Source of the DNA: a virus
Lineage: Duplodnaviria; Caudoviricetes
IMG/VR virus record: IMGVR_UViG_2671180292_000001
Span: 1 to 64,000 of that record
Length of the DNA stretch: 64,000 nt
Reading direction: 5' to 3' (one strand)
Position 1 is the first letter of the stretch. Each line of letters begins with the position of its first letter. The notes beneath the pieces are model-generated. The model searched no databases. It was given only the letters and a program-made list of their open reading frames with translations, and was not told the origin of the DNA. The translations under genes and the position numbers were made by a program. Shown here piece after piece: positions 1 to 9,839 of the stretch.

Positions 1-1623
1 TTACTGGGGCTTTCTCACTTTCCGGGACCTCTTCGGAGGCTGAGAAGGAAGCGGGGAGACCGGAGGGAGACCGCCAGTTTCGGACGCCTCCCCCACCGCG
101 ACCGCACGGGGGACCAGCGCCGCACTCGCCTCCGCCGCCGCCCGCGCCACCTCCGGCAGCACCGACGCATACGTGTCAGCGGTGATCCCAATGGACGAGT
201 GCCGCAGCATCGCCGACACCAGCTTCATCTCGTTCCCAGCAGCAAGCGCCAATGTCGCGGCCCCGTGCCGAAGGTCATGCAAGCGGATCGGCGGCACTCC
301 CGCCGCGTAGGCGAGTCGCTCGAACTGGCCGCTCACCCACGTCGGGTCCAGCTCCGAGCCGTCCTCACGGGTGAACACCCGGCCCGTGTCCTGCCATGCC
401 TGGCCCCACTCCAGCCGCTCCTCAAGCTGACGAGTCCGATGGGCTTTCAGCACCGCCACCGTGCCCTTATCGAGCACAACCGTCGGATCAGCCGAGTCGG
501 TCTTCGGCGCCCCTTCTTTCGTCTTCCGGGCGACGACCACCAACTGCTTAGCAACCGTCAACGTGCCCTCGTCAAGGTCGGCATCGACCCAACGCAACCC
601 GCATGCCTCGCCACGGCGCAGCCCCACAAACGCGATCAGGTGGTAGAGGGCGTACAGCCGGTCACCCACGGCGTGGTCCAGGAACACTCCCAGCTGGGCC
701 GGGGTCCACACCATCACCGGAGACGGACGCAGATCCGCCAACATCCACACGTTCACCGTCGACATGGTCGACTTCTCGGCCCGTAGTTCCTCGATCCGCT
801 GTTTAAACGCCTTGTTGAATGCCTCCACCCGCGCCCGCGTCCACACCACACCCTTCGCTCTGCCCGGCGAGTCCAGCTTCACCAAAGCAGCAGCGTTGAA
901 CGTCACCAGGTGCTCCCGCTGCGCGTCCGACAGCACCGTCCGGATCGTCGCCCTGATGCGTTGCTTCGTCGTCGGCCCCGTCAGGCGTTTCATCCGCGCT
1001 GCTTTCTGCACCTGCGGATCTGGGGACTCACGGTCACGCAGGATCACCGCGTTCTTCTCATCGATCCGCGTGAACACTCGTTCGACGGTGGGCACGTACA
1101 GCCGGTCCAGCCGCTCCCCGTCCAGCACCTCACCGAAATGCGCGTCATGGTGGCTGATGTAGTTCACCAGCGTCGACTCGCGGATGTCACCCCGCCGTCG
1201 GCGCCGCTCCACCCACTCTGCCCAGTACTCACCGAAGGTCATCGACTGGAGCGGCTGGCCGGCCTTGAACTTCCTCTGGAGTTCCTCGGCCTCGGGGAGT
1301 GGCGCCTTCTTGCGGTGGGCGGCGCGGATCATTTCCAGGATCTGCAGGCGCGCCTCATGCCCGTCCGGCCCGGCGTCGGGAATGTCGAGGAGACGGCCGG
1401 CCTTCTCGTAGAACTCCTCGAGGTCGGCTTCGCTGCGGAAGCCACCCAAGCGCAGGTAGTGGCGTTTACCGTCCGGGCCTGGGGGGAGTTCGGCCTTGCC
1501 GTACCAGGTGCCGTGGTTGGGGTTCCATGAGCCGTTCGACCGGCGGAGCTTGGGGCACTTCGCGCCGAGCTCCCGGCCCGGCTCGTCGCGGCACTTGCAC
1601 CGCTTGTACCCGTTGGCGTTCAC
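1..1623 (-). CDS. int: Tyrosine recombinase (phage/ICE integrase)
   Basis: Catalytic motifs GLRRGE, RLHDLRH, LRHS, DTY. GTG start at 1623 overlaps the upstream stop (GTGA). Confidence 0.95.
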   Translation of the reverse strand: MNANGYKRCKCRDEPGRELGAKCPKLRRSNGSWNPNHGTWYGKAELPPGPDGKRHYLRLGGFRSEADLEEFYEKAGRLLDIPDAGPDGHEARLQILEMIRAAHRKKAPLPEAEELQRKFKAGQPLQSMTFGEYWAEWVERRRRRGDIRESTLVNYISHHDAHFGEVLDGERLDRLYVPTVERVFTRIDEKNAVILRDRESPDPQVQKAARMKRLTGPTTKQRIRATIRTVLSDAQREHLVTFNAAALVKLDSPGRAKGVVWTRARVEAFNKAFKQRIEELRAEKSTMSTVNVWMLADLRPSPVMVWTPAQLGVFLDHAVGDRLYALYHLIAFVGLRRGEACGLRWVDADLDEGTLTVAKQLVVVARKTKEGAPKTDSADPTVVLDKGTVAVLKAHRTRQLEERLEWGQAWQDTGRVFTREDGSELDPTWVSGQFERLAYAAGVPPIRLHDLRHGAATLALAAGNEMKLVSAMLRHSSIGITADTYASVLPEVARAAAEASAALVPRAVAVGEASETGGLPPVSPLPSQPPKRSRKVRKPQ

Positions 1624-2351
1624 CGGCCGGCCTCCGCCTCGCCGGTGTCGCCGAGCTGGGCGTAGAGGGCGTCTTGCACGCGTGCGATGTCCCCCAGCAA
1701 CTGCCGCAACGCCTCGTAATGCGCGCGGGTGCGGGCCAGTTTCTCCTCGAGGACATGGGGGTCGGTCTCCCCTCGGGCTCCCCACGCATCCTCCGCGTAG
1801 GTCACCTCCCCTTCGATGCGATAGGCGGACAGCGCCGCGTCTAGCGCCTGCCGGTAGCGGTCGGTCACCGTCCGGGCCTGCTGCAGGGCCGCGTCGTCGC
1901 CTTCCCAGTCGAACCCGCCCGCGTGAGTGGCAAGCTCGAGGAGGTCCCGCATGCCCACACAGCGGGTTTGCCCTGTCACGTCCGGCAGGTCCATGAGGTA
2001 CCGCTGCTCGACCCCATCATCGGCGGGCGGCAGGAACAGAGCGCTCACGGGAAGGCCCAGAGCGGTCGCCAGGCTGGCGATCGTGTCAGCGTCGAACTGC
2101 CTGACCCTCCGGCCGTCCCAGGACCGCTCAGCCGCGCTCACGGACGCGTTCGACCACACCTGCTCACCAAGACCGCGGTTCAGCCGATCGGCCAGCTCCT
2201 CCTGGGTCAGCCCCGCAGCCCGCCGCCAGCGGGCCATGTTGTACGCCACGACCATGTTCGGCGTGATGTGCCGACCTGGAACGTCGGCGTATTCGGACCC
2301 CTCCCCAGACACGTGCGTGTGCTGGAGGGGTGCATTCTCTGTGTTGCCCAC
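1620..2351 (-). CDS. XRE-family HTH repressor
   Basis: N-terminal WRRAAGLTQEELADRL...SVSAAER helix-turn-helix; coupled to integrase, divergent from Xis. Start uncertain. Confidence 0.85.
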   Translation of the reverse strand: MGNTENAPLQHTHVSGEGSEYADVPGRHITPNMVVAYNMARWRRAAGLTQEELADRLNRGLGEQVWSNASVSAAERSWDGRRVRQFDADTIASLATALGLPVSALFLPPADDGVEQRYLMDLPDVTGQTRCVGMRDLLELATHAGGFDWEGDDAALQQARTVTDRYRQALDAALSAYRIEGEVTYAEDAWGARGETDPHVLEEKLARTRAHYEALRQLLGDIARVQDALYAQLGDTGEAEAGR

Positions 2352-2387
2352 CCGGCCGAGGGTAGCCGCGCGATCAACACCAGTCCA

Positions 2388-2450
2388 GAAAATCCCGGCA
2401 CATCCCGGCACGTTCCGCACCCAGGTTGAAAATCCCGACACATCCCGGCA
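2388..2450. promoter_or_regulatory. Direct-repeat operator pair between repressor and excisionase
   Basis: GAAAATCCCGGCACATCCCGGCA (2388-2410) and GAAAATCCCGACACATCCCGGCA (2428-2450), one mismatch. Confidence 0.6.
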
Positions 2451-2529
2451 TTCTGTTTGCACACAGAATCACGAATGGATTCACCCTGCAAGCGGAATCC
2501 TCTGGCCGCAGCATGTAGGAGGCAGGTCT

Positions 2530-2787
2530 GTGAAGCGCCACGAAGACTTCCACATGAGCGAGGAAGAGTTGTTCGCCCTCCCTGTGAGCGTGCCCCTCGT
2601 TGACGCCGGCAGGGCATTTGGCATGGGCCGCACCAAGTCCTACGAACTCGCCAAAAGCGGCAAGTTCCCCTGCAAGGTCCTCCCGGTAGGCAACGCCTAC
2701 AGGGTGCCGAAGGTCTACCTGCTCCGCGCCTTGGGCTATGACGTCCAGCCCGCCACGCTCCAGGCACCCGTTGCGGCTGCCTCCTGA
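2530..2787 (+). CDS. Excisionase-like DNA-binding protein
   Basis: LVDAGRAFGMGRTKSYELAKSGKFPCKVL..YRVP pattern; AGGAGG 7 nt before GTG. Confidence 0.8.
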   Translation: MKRHEDFHMSEEELFALPVSVPLVDAGRAFGMGRTKSYELAKSGKFPCKVLPVGNAYRVPKVYLLRALGYDVQPATLQAPVAAAS

Positions 2788-2800
2788 CGCTCGCCAAACC

Positions 2801-2830
2801 GAAGGGCCGCCCGCAACGGGGCGGCCCTTC
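2801..2830 (+). terminator. Hairpin terminator after excisionase
   Basis: GAAGGGCCGCCC...GGGCGGCCCTTC inverted repeat. Confidence 0.65.
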
Positions 2831-2927
2831 TTGTGTAACCATCTGATTTCAGATGATCACTGTTGGTAATCTACGCGCTCGGTTCGGCCGTCAACCCACT
2901 GTCCTAGCCTCGAACGCGGAGCCCGCC

Positions 2928-3569
2928 ATGACCGAGCAGAAGCCCGCCCGCCCCACCAAACGCGGATCCATCATCGCCCTCGCCGGCATGGCCGCAGTGT
3001 CCGCAATCATCGTGCCCGCCCTCGCAGCCAAGAACAGCGGCCCCGCGACCCCGCCGCCATCGACTTGGGCGTACACCGAGCCGATACCAACCCCGACCCT
3101 CGAGGACACGGCGGCGCCCACGGTGTTCACCACTGAGGAACTCGCCTACCTACGCGCGCTGAACGACGAGTTCGACTACAACCCCTACGACGACGACATC
3201 GAGGCCGTGAACGCCGGCCACGAGCTGTGCAACGAGGGAAAGCCGACTATCGATGAGATCGCCGACGACACCTCGGACGTCCCGTACGGCCCGGCGATCA
3301 AGCACCTGTGTCCGAAGTACCTGCCGCTCCTACGCAAGGCGAAGGACGCGATCAGCGACGGCGAGTACACCGTCGGCGAGGACATGAAGCCCGGCACCTA
3401 CAAGACCACACCGGGCCGGATCAGCGACTGCTACTGGGAGCGCAGCACTGGCGGCGGGGACATCATCGCCAACAACTTCATCAACAACGCCCCTCGCGGG
3501 GTGACCGTCACCGTCCGAGCGGGCGAGGGCTTCACGAGCCAGGGCTGCGGATACTGGATCCGCAGCTGA
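2928..3569 (+). CDS. Exported/membrane-anchored protein
   Basis: Basic N-terminus, hydrophobic stretch, Pro/Thr linker, C-terminal DGEYTVGEDMKPGTYKT..CYWER domain. Confidence 0.75.
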   Translation: MTEQKPARPTKRGSIIALAGMAAVSAIIVPALAAKNSGPATPPPSTWAYTEPIPTPTLEDTAAPTVFTTEELAYLRALNDEFDYNPYDDDIEAVNAGHELCNEGKPTIDEIADDTSDVPYGPAIKHLCPKYLPLLRKAKDAISDGEYTVGEDMKPGTYKTTPGRISDCYWERSTGGGDIIANNFINNAPRGVTVTVRAGEGFTSQGCGYWIRS

Positions 3570-3819
3570 CCCTTCGGCGCTACCAGTGAACGCGAAGGGC
3601 CGACCACATTAGACTGCCCAACAAGCGAAGGGCCCCGGTCCCGTGACGAAGAAAGCCGGAGCCCTGTGTTGCCTCAGCGGGCCTGGGCCAGGTAGGTGCC
3701 TACCTGGCCCGCTTCCGTTAACCCGCCGGTGCCAGGCGATCAGAACCGTTTGAGCGTAAGGGCCGCCCCGACTTCCCGGGGCGGCCCTATCGTGTTCTTG
3801 AGACCTGCACAGCCGCGTG

Positions 3820-4296
3820 TTAGCCCTTCGGCCACCTGGCCGGGTCGGTCGCGTACGTGCCCCGCATCGGCACGGTGTACGCCCACCCCTGCTCCCGCAG
3901 GATCGCGACCGCGGCGCGGATAGTGCCCTTCGCCACGTCGAACCGCTGGGCGAGCATCGTCTCGCTCGGGAGGGGCACGTCCCGCTCGTACCGGCCGGCG
4001 CGAATCTCCTCGGCGAGCTCCGCCGCGATCGACGCCGCCTTGGTGCTCTTCGGGTTGTGCGGGGTGCCCTCCGGCCCGACGAACGTACCCCGGCCGCGGA
4101 CTGTGTGAACGAGCCCACGCTCCCGCAGCACAGCGATGGCCTTGCGGGCGGTGATCCGCGCGACACCCCACCGTGCGACGATCTGCGCCTCACTCGGCGC
4201 CAACTGGCCAGGCTGCAGCTGCCCAGCGGTGATGTCCTGCTGGATCTGCTCGGCTACCTGCACGTATAGGGGCACGGGTCCTCTCGGGTTGAGCAC
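3820..4296 (-). CDS. Tandem GntR-family wHTH regulator
   Basis: Two GntR domains (PLYVQVA..PSE..VRGRGTFV; LPSE..PMRGTYA). Confidence 0.9.
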   Translation of the reverse strand: MLNPRGPVPLYVQVAEQIQQDITAGQLQPGQLAPSEAQIVARWGVARITARKAIAVLRERGLVHTVRGRGTFVGPEGTPHNPKSTKAASIAAELAEEIRAGRYERDVPLPSETMLAQRFDVAKGTIRAAVAILREQGWAYTVPMRGTYATDPARWPKG

Positions 4297-4428
4297 GTCG
4301 GAGACGCTAGGTGGGCTAGCTCCTGCATCTATGTTGCACTACAGGTGCTTGCGTGATCTAGCACATCTTTTGGTTGCTATAGAACAAGGTCTAGAGCGAT
4401 TACGCCATGTAGCTATACCGTGCCTCAT

Positions 4429-4647
4429 ATGAACGACGTCGCCACCACCTCACTCGATACCGTCCACGCCGCATTCCCAGCGTGGACGTGCTGGCAGTCC
4501 GACCGAGGCCGCTGGTGGGCCACCCGTAAGGGCACCATCACCCAGGCGCAGATGGACAACGGGTGCTCGGTCACCGTAGACGCCGACACCCTCACCGATC
4601 TGGCCGAGGTCCTCGCAGAGCAAGAGCAACTCCGGGAGCAGCCGTGA
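4429..4647 (+). CDS. Small hypothetical protein
   Basis: Divergent from GntR; WQSDRGRWWATR motif; coupled to next gene. Confidence 0.65.
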   Translation: MNDVATTSLDTVHAAFPAWTCWQSDRGRWWATRKGTITQAQMDNGCSVTVDADTLTDLAEVLAEQEQLREQP

Positions 4648-4931
4648 TCCGCCCCACCGCCGGTCATGAAGGGTGCGGCATCCACGTCCCCGACACGCCG
4701 AACAAGGACCACCAGGCGATCGAATGGACACCCGCAACCAACGCCTACCAGCGGGCCCGCCAGTTGCAGTGGACCTGCCAGTCCCGCCGGGTGGTGTACT
4801 ACCTGCTCTCCGCTGGTGGGCGGCTCATCATCAAGAAGGTCGACGGCCGGGAGGCGTTCCTCTCGCCCCCGATGCTGTACCCCGACGGGGAGGAACTCTG
4901 GTCGGCGCTGCTCCGCGGCGACGCCGCCTAG
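4644..4931 (+). CDS. Hypothetical protein
   Basis: GTGA overlap with previous gene; plausible composition. Confidence 0.6.
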   Translation: MIRPTAGHEGCGIHVPDTPNKDHQAIEWTPATNAYQRARQLQWTCQSRRVVYYLLSAGGRLIIKKVDGREAFLSPPMLYPDGEELWSALLRGDAA

Positions 4932-4988
4932 AAACAGAACAAGACGTGCTTGTTTTGAGACAACTGATAGACCAGCGGGCCGCCGTGC

Positions 4989-5204
4989 TTGTACCGTCCT
5001 CGTATGCCAGGCCGCGTTGAGCTCCTCCAGCCGCTGGTCGCACTCGACGCGGCCGGCACTTCCGAGCACGGCCCACACTCGCACGCCCCGCTCGAGGGGC
5101 ACGAGGCCGTGGCATGGACCGGCCACCGGGCAGGGTGGCCGGTCTCGTGCATTGTTGTGGACCTGCCGTTCCTGCGGCACCGCCCGATAGAGCTACCCGC
5201 CTGA
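4989..5204 (+). CDS. Small hypothetical protein
   Basis: ORF continuing the + run; start uncertain. Confidence 0.35.
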   Translation: MYRPRMPGRVELLQPLVALDAAGTSEHGPHSHAPLEGHEAVAWTGHRAGWPVSCIVVDLPFLRHRPIELPA

Positions 5205-5301
5205 TGCGGTTCCCCTGCGCAGGCGGGTGTTAGACGGCGGTCCCGTCCCGGCTGACTGACGAAAGCACAGCGGAAGCAGGGGCGGGGCCGCCCACCACCC
5301 G

Positions 5302-6186
5302 TCACCGGCAGCGGTACTCCACCCACGCCCGCGCCGCCGCAGCCGCGGTGGTACGCCGAGCCCGGAGATGCTCCGGCCCGTTGATGGCCATGTACGTGGA
5401 GAACAGCGTGCGCAGGCCGGCGAGTCCCGTCACCGTCGTCGCGGGTGCCGCGTGCCAGGCCGGGACCCGGGCGGCGACCTGATGCTCGGCCTCCCTTGGG
5501 GTGTGACCGGCCGCGATCAGGCGTGGCACCAGCCACACAGCGTCTACCCAGGCGGCACCGCGGCAGGCCAGCGACCAGTCGATGATCCGCGCCCGGGTGG
5601 GGGTGATCAGTACGTTCTCGGCGTGCAGGTCCGCGTGTAGCAGCGTGTCACCGGTCAGGGCCTCGACGTCCAGGAGGTCGAGAGCGGAAGCGCACAGGCC
5701 TATCCCGGCGTCCCTGGGGTCGGCCAGGAGCTTGTCTGCGTACCCACGCATCCCCAGGATCTTCCCCTCGATGCTGGGAGCCTCCTGCCACGGGCACGGG
5801 GTGAGCGCCTCACCGAGGCCGGCAACAGCGTCGAGCACAGCGGGGATGTCCGGCGAGCCGGGCGTGAGATCGGCCTCGCGCCCGGCGACGTACTCAAAGA
5901 GCAGCATCAGCCAGCCCGCGGCGTGCCCGCTCCACAGCATGCGTGGAGCGGGCACCTTCTCGGGTAGCAGGAGGTTTGCCTGCTGCTCGCGGTCGTAGTG
6001 GTGCAGGGCAGGGGAACGCACGGGGACGGCCTTGAGGAACAAGCTCCCAGCCTGAGCGTGCAGGCGTGCAGCGACCCCGACGGTCAGCCCCGCCTCGGCC
6101 GACCACGCGCTCGTGACCGTGCCGAAGCGGTCCTCGACCGCGGCCCGGGCCGTAGGCGGGAGGTCGTCCCACTGCCATCGCCGCAC
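5302..6186 (-). CDS. APH/choline-kinase-like phosphotransferase
   Basis: LFLKA, LLHADLHAENVL, IIDWS kinase motifs. Confidence 0.9.
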   Translation of the reverse strand: MRRWQWDDLPPTARAAVEDRFGTVTSAWSAEAGLTVGVAARLHAQAGSLFLKAVPVRSPALHHYDREQQANLLLPEKVPAPRMLWSGHAAGWLMLLFEYVAGREADLTPGSPDIPAVLDAVAGLGEALTPCPWQEAPSIEGKILGMRGYADKLLADPRDAGIGLCASALDLLDVEALTGDTLLHADLHAENVLITPTRARIIDWSLACRGAAWVDAVWLVPRLIAAGHTPREAEHQVAARVPAWHAAPATTVTGLAGLRTLFSTYMAINGPEHLRARRTTAAAAARAWVEYRCR

Positions 6187-6203
6187 CGGTGCTCCCCTCG
6201 ATG

Positions 6204-6683
6204 TCAGTTGCTGTCCACGCAGCCCTGGTGGCACTGGTGGCAATTCGTCGTGTCGCACGCGGCTGCGGTGTGCCACAGCTCGTCATCGACGGCCATCCCC
6301 AGCTCACGCATCACGTTCACGGTCTCCGCGACCGTACAGCCGCCCGCGGCACGGGCCGGGTCGTCGTCCGGCTGGTGATGGATGAACCGCCCGGCGACAG
6401 TTTCGCAGAAGGCGGCGTAGTCGCGCGTGTAGAGGACGAAGGTGTGCCAGCCGATGTCCACGGCCGCCGAGGGCGCAAGTCCCCGGCCCGAGTTCTTCGC
6501 GCAGGCATACAGGAACGCCAACGCCTGGCTCATGATGCGATCGGCCTCCTCCACGCTGGTGCCGTGGTCACCGACGATCCGCAGCACGAGCCGCTCGAAC
6601 AGCGACTCACTGACGAGTGTTCTCGGGTCGGGGATCGTGGCCGGGCGGGCGGCGTCCACGACAACGCCAGGCATGATCGTCAT
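6204..6683 (-). CDS. Glycine-rich-domain-protein (GRDP)-like protein with Cys-rich C-terminal tail
   Basis: PSAAVDIGWHTFVLYTRDYAAFC...FIHHQP motif; tail CDTTNCHQCHQGCVDSN; GAAAGGAG RBS. Confidence 0.75.
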   Translation of the reverse strand: MTIMPGVVVDAARPATIPDPRTLVSESLFERLVLRIVGDHGTSVEEADRIMSQALAFLYACAKNSGRGLAPSAAVDIGWHTFVLYTRDYAAFCETVAGRFIHHQPDDDPARAAGGCTVAETVNVMRELGMAVDDELWHTAAACDTTNCHQCHQGCVDSN

Positions 6684-6835
6684 GCCGTCTCCTTTCGAGG
6701 ACTGGGCGGCACCCGCCAGCGGGTCTACGCTGCGAGCAGCCGCCTCTTCACCCACGGTCGCCTCTTCGTGGACCACTGCCCAGAGGGCGGGTGTTGCCGC
6801 AACACACCAGCAACACCCCGAGAGAGCTGGTACCG

Positions 6836-8164
6836 ATGCACGAGCACACCGAGGCCGCGCACATGTTCGGCCAGGCACTCCGCCACCTACGTCAACGGGC
6901 CGGGCTGTCCCAGCGGGAGCTGAGCAGACGCGCTCTCTACGACCACACCAGGATCAGCCGGGCCGAGCAGGGCGAGATCCTCATCCCCGCCGAGCAGGTC
7001 AAAGCACTGGACACTGCACTGAGAGCGGACGGGCTTCTGCTAGCGCTCCGCCATGCCCTCGACCGTAAGCCGCTCAGCCCCGCCAGCCGAGATTTCTCCC
7101 AGCGTTGCACCTGCGGTCACGGACTCCTCGGATACCGTCAGAAAGATCACAGTTTCATATGGCCGCCCGCGCCCCTGCAGGGAGAACTCATGACGACAGC
7201 CAGCGGTCTGCCCGCCGTCCGGGAATCCCTGCGCCTGGCCCTGCTCGACACCCCGCACGGAGACCCTGTCATAGCGGAGCTGGCCCAAGCCGCCGTCGAG
7301 CACTACGCCCTGAACTACTCCAAGCACCCGCCGACCGTCCTGTTCGATGAGGTCCACGCCACCCGGGGCCTACTGGCCGGCGCACTAGCAGCGCCAGCAC
7401 CGCCTGACGTTGCGCTGGAGCTCCGCCGCGCCGCGGGCTGGCTGTCAGGGCTGCTGGGCAACCTCGCCTATCACCTGGCCGACCACACCGGCGCCCGCGC
7501 TCACCTCGCGGTGGCAGCCACGCTCGGGCAGCACGTCGGCGACGCACGGCTCACCGCGTGGGCATACGGGGCGCAGAGCATGGTTGCCCTCCACCGGGGC
7601 GCGCCCGTACTCGCGCAGCAGCTCGCCGAAACAGGCCTCGCCCACGCCCCTACACCACTCGCCCGCGCCCAAGTGCTCGGCTGGGCGATGCTCCCCGCGC
7701 TGGCCCGACTCGGCCAGGCCGCGGCAGCCGACCAGGTCCTGAGAGACGCGACGAACGCCCTAAACACGGCGGCAGGAGGGGAACCAGGCCGGTTCGGTTT
7801 CGACGCCGCCGAGCTGGCGCTACACGAAGCAGACGCGCACCTGACGCTCGGCCAGCACGACCAGGCCGCGACGCGGGCGGAAGCGTCCGCCGCCAACAGC
7901 ATCCCTGAGACGCCGGGGTGGGCTGCCGCCACGCTGGTGCTCGCCCAGGCAGAAGCCGCCCGCGAGGCAGGAGACGCCGCCAGCCGTGGGCTTGACGTGC
8001 TGGCCCGGGTCCCTGCCGAGCGGCTCCGTTCCACGGCGCGTGCCAGGCTGGACCGACTCGCTGCAGCGTTGACGGGCGTGGATACTGCCGCGGTGCGGGA
8101 GCTGGCAGAGCACGTGCGTGCCCTGCCGCCAGCGATCGACGTCCATGGGCGGAGCGCTGGCTAA
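6836..8164 (+). CDS. XRE HTH regulator with C-terminal TPR-like helical domain
   Basis: FGQALRHLRQRAGLSQRELS..ISRAEQG followed by long Ala/Leu helical repeats. Confidence 0.85.
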   Translation: MHEHTEAAHMFGQALRHLRQRAGLSQRELSRRALYDHTRISRAEQGEILIPAEQVKALDTALRADGLLLALRHALDRKPLSPASRDFSQRCTCGHGLLGYRQKDHSFIWPPAPLQGELMTTASGLPAVRESLRLALLDTPHGDPVIAELAQAAVEHYALNYSKHPPTVLFDEVHATRGLLAGALAAPAPPDVALELRRAAGWLSGLLGNLAYHLADHTGARAHLAVAATLGQHVGDARLTAWAYGAQSMVALHRGAPVLAQQLAETGLAHAPTPLARAQVLGWAMLPALARLGQAAAADQVLRDATNALNTAAGGEPGRFGFDAAELALHEADAHLTLGQHDQAATRAEASAANSIPETPGWAAATLVLAQAEAAREAGDAASRGLDVLARVPAERLRSTARARLDRLAAALTGVDTAAVRELAEHVRALPPAIDVHGRSAG

Positions 8165-8193
8165 GAAGAAGCAGGCGAAACTGGCCAAGGAGG

Positions 8194-8724
8194 TCAGAGG
8201 TTCGCCTGGCTTCGGGGAACTCGCACACTCCGGCCGCGCTGCTGCATGAGCTGGAGAAGCTTATAGCCCTCGCTCCGCGAACAGCATCCATCGTTCACGC
8301 CTTCACTGATCAGCTCCGCTGTGTCCCGCGTCGTGATCCCGATGTTCCGGGCATACTCCTGAGCATCGTAATCATCTGTGATCCAGTACGAGCCCGCATA
8401 CGCTGGCCAGTTGCGGATCACATGGCAAGTTTGAGCTTCGCCAAGATGCTTCAGCGGCTCCTGCTGTTTACCGTTGAAGACCGCCCGTCGCACACGTTCG
8501 ACCTGTTGTGCGTCATCGATGTCAATCTCGATGGGTTCCCCGAGCCAGCCGTCTGAGGCGACACTTCGCAGGTCTGGATAGAACTGCGCAGACCTGCTGA
8601 CCTCGTAAGCGATTGCCTCAGTCCAACGGCCGCGCTCCCGCAAGATTCTGCGTAAAAGCTGAAGCTCATCTACTGCGGCGAAGTTACACAGAACCGTGTT
8701 GTCGGGGAACCAGTACCAGGTCAT
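8194..8724 (-). CDS. PIN-like domain protein (putative toxin)
   Basis: PDNTVLCNF, LGEAQT, ITDDYDA acidic PIN pattern; ATGA-coupled to upstream gene. Confidence 0.7.
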   Translation of the reverse strand: MTWYWFPDNTVLCNFAAVDELQLLRRILRERGRWTEAIAYEVSRSAQFYPDLRSVASDGWLGEPIEIDIDDAQQVERVRRAVFNGKQQEPLKHLGEAQTCHVIRNWPAYAGSYWITDDYDAQEYARNIGITTRDTAELISEGVNDGCCSRSEGYKLLQLMQQRGRSVRVPRSQANL

Positions 8725-9839
8725 GACGCGAGGGGAGAGTCCTCTCTCATGTCGTTGATCGCCTGCCGAAGCGTGGCCGTATCAACGCCAATCAGGTCCG
8801 CGAACGGGCGGAGTGTGGATTTCCCCTCAGCGTACGCCTGGAAGGTGGTTCGGACTAGCGGCGTGGGAATCCGGGACCGCGATGCCTGTTGGAGCCACTC
8901 GCCAAGCGACTCCACCTCTCCGGCCAGGAACGCGGCATCCCACGCCGTCATTGTACGGAATGACTCGCAAAGGTTGCGATCTATGATCCTGAGGTTGAAC
9001 AGCCTCCAGGCGAGGGTGCTTGGGGAAACCCAGAGCCGGCAAGCCAGCTTGGCGAACGCCTCCCGGTTCCAACTTGCACCCCTTGTTTGCTCTTGCAGCA
9101 CCCGCGCGGGTAGAAGCAGCTCTGCGGCGAACGCATTCGCCCGCTTCTCTGATGCCTGCTTCTTGTGCTCGACGTCATTGATGTTCACGTCCACGTTGAG
9201 CTTCTGATCGTCTCGGGCGAGGAGGTGACCTAGCTCGTGCGCGATGGTGAATCTCTGACGTGCTGGGATCTCGGATGTTCCCACTACGATCAATGCCGAG
9301 CAGTCATCGGTCCAAGACATTCCGTCAAAGCCGTCCGGCTGTTTGTGCACTCGGACGTCCACTCCGAACGCGTCTTCGACGGCCTTGGCCAAGTCTCGGC
9401 TCTTCCAGAGTGCGATCTGCCTGCTGAGGGCGTACTCGGTAGCGCTGACCGCCAAGTTCGTGCCTTGCTCTACCGCTGTCCCGCCAGTCAGCTCAAAGCT
9501 CGGTATTTCCTGTCGGTAACCGAGAAATGCGAGGTCAGCACGCATCTGGGCGAGACGCTCTGCTTCCCTGATGGCGGCATCAGCGGAGGACAGTGGAGAC
9601 GTGGCTGTGCGTGCAGCCATTGATGGTGTTATGGGGTCCGCGCCCAGCAACCAGTCGACGGTGACCCCGCAAAGATCAGCTATGCGTGCGAGGTCCAGTG
9701 ATGTGAATCGCCGGACACCGGACAGAGATTTTGACATCTTGGATGCGTCCAGGCCCGCCCTGCCGGCGAACTCTGCTTGCGTGAGGCCACTGTCTGTGAT
9801 CAGTTGGCGCACTCGCCCTGCGGTCTTCTCCCCGGCCAT
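8721..9839 (-). CDS. XRE HTH - ImmA/IrrE Zn-metallopeptidase fusion
   Basis: N-terminal HTH; RQRFTIAHELGH and EKRANAFAAELLLP. Confidence 0.92.
   Translation of the reverse strand: MAGEKTAGRVRQLITDSGLTQAEFAGRAGLDASKMSKSLSGVRRFTSLDLARIADLCGVTVDWLLGADPITPSMAARTATSPLSSADAAIREAERLAQMRADLAFLGYRQEIPSFELTGGTAVEQGTNLAVSATEYALSRQIALWKSRDLAKAVEDAFGVDVRVHKQPDGFDGMSWTDDCSALIVVGTSEIPARQRFTIAHELGHLLARDDQKLNVDVNINDVEHKKQASEKRANAFAAELLLPARVLQEQTRGASWNREAFAKLACRLWVSPSTLAWRLFNLRIIDRNLCESFRTMTAWDAAFLAGEVESLGEWLQQASRSRIPTPLVRTTFQAYAEGKSTLRPFADLIGVDTATLRQAINDMREDSPLAS

Noticed and set aside
1-120. att site or tRNA target
   Set aside because: The window begins at the integrase stop codon, so any att site lies outside; no tRNA recognised anywhere in the window.
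1624-1785. N-terminal extension of the integrase in the ORF track
   Set aside because: It overlaps the repressor gene; GTG at 1623 with GTGA coupling is more plausible.
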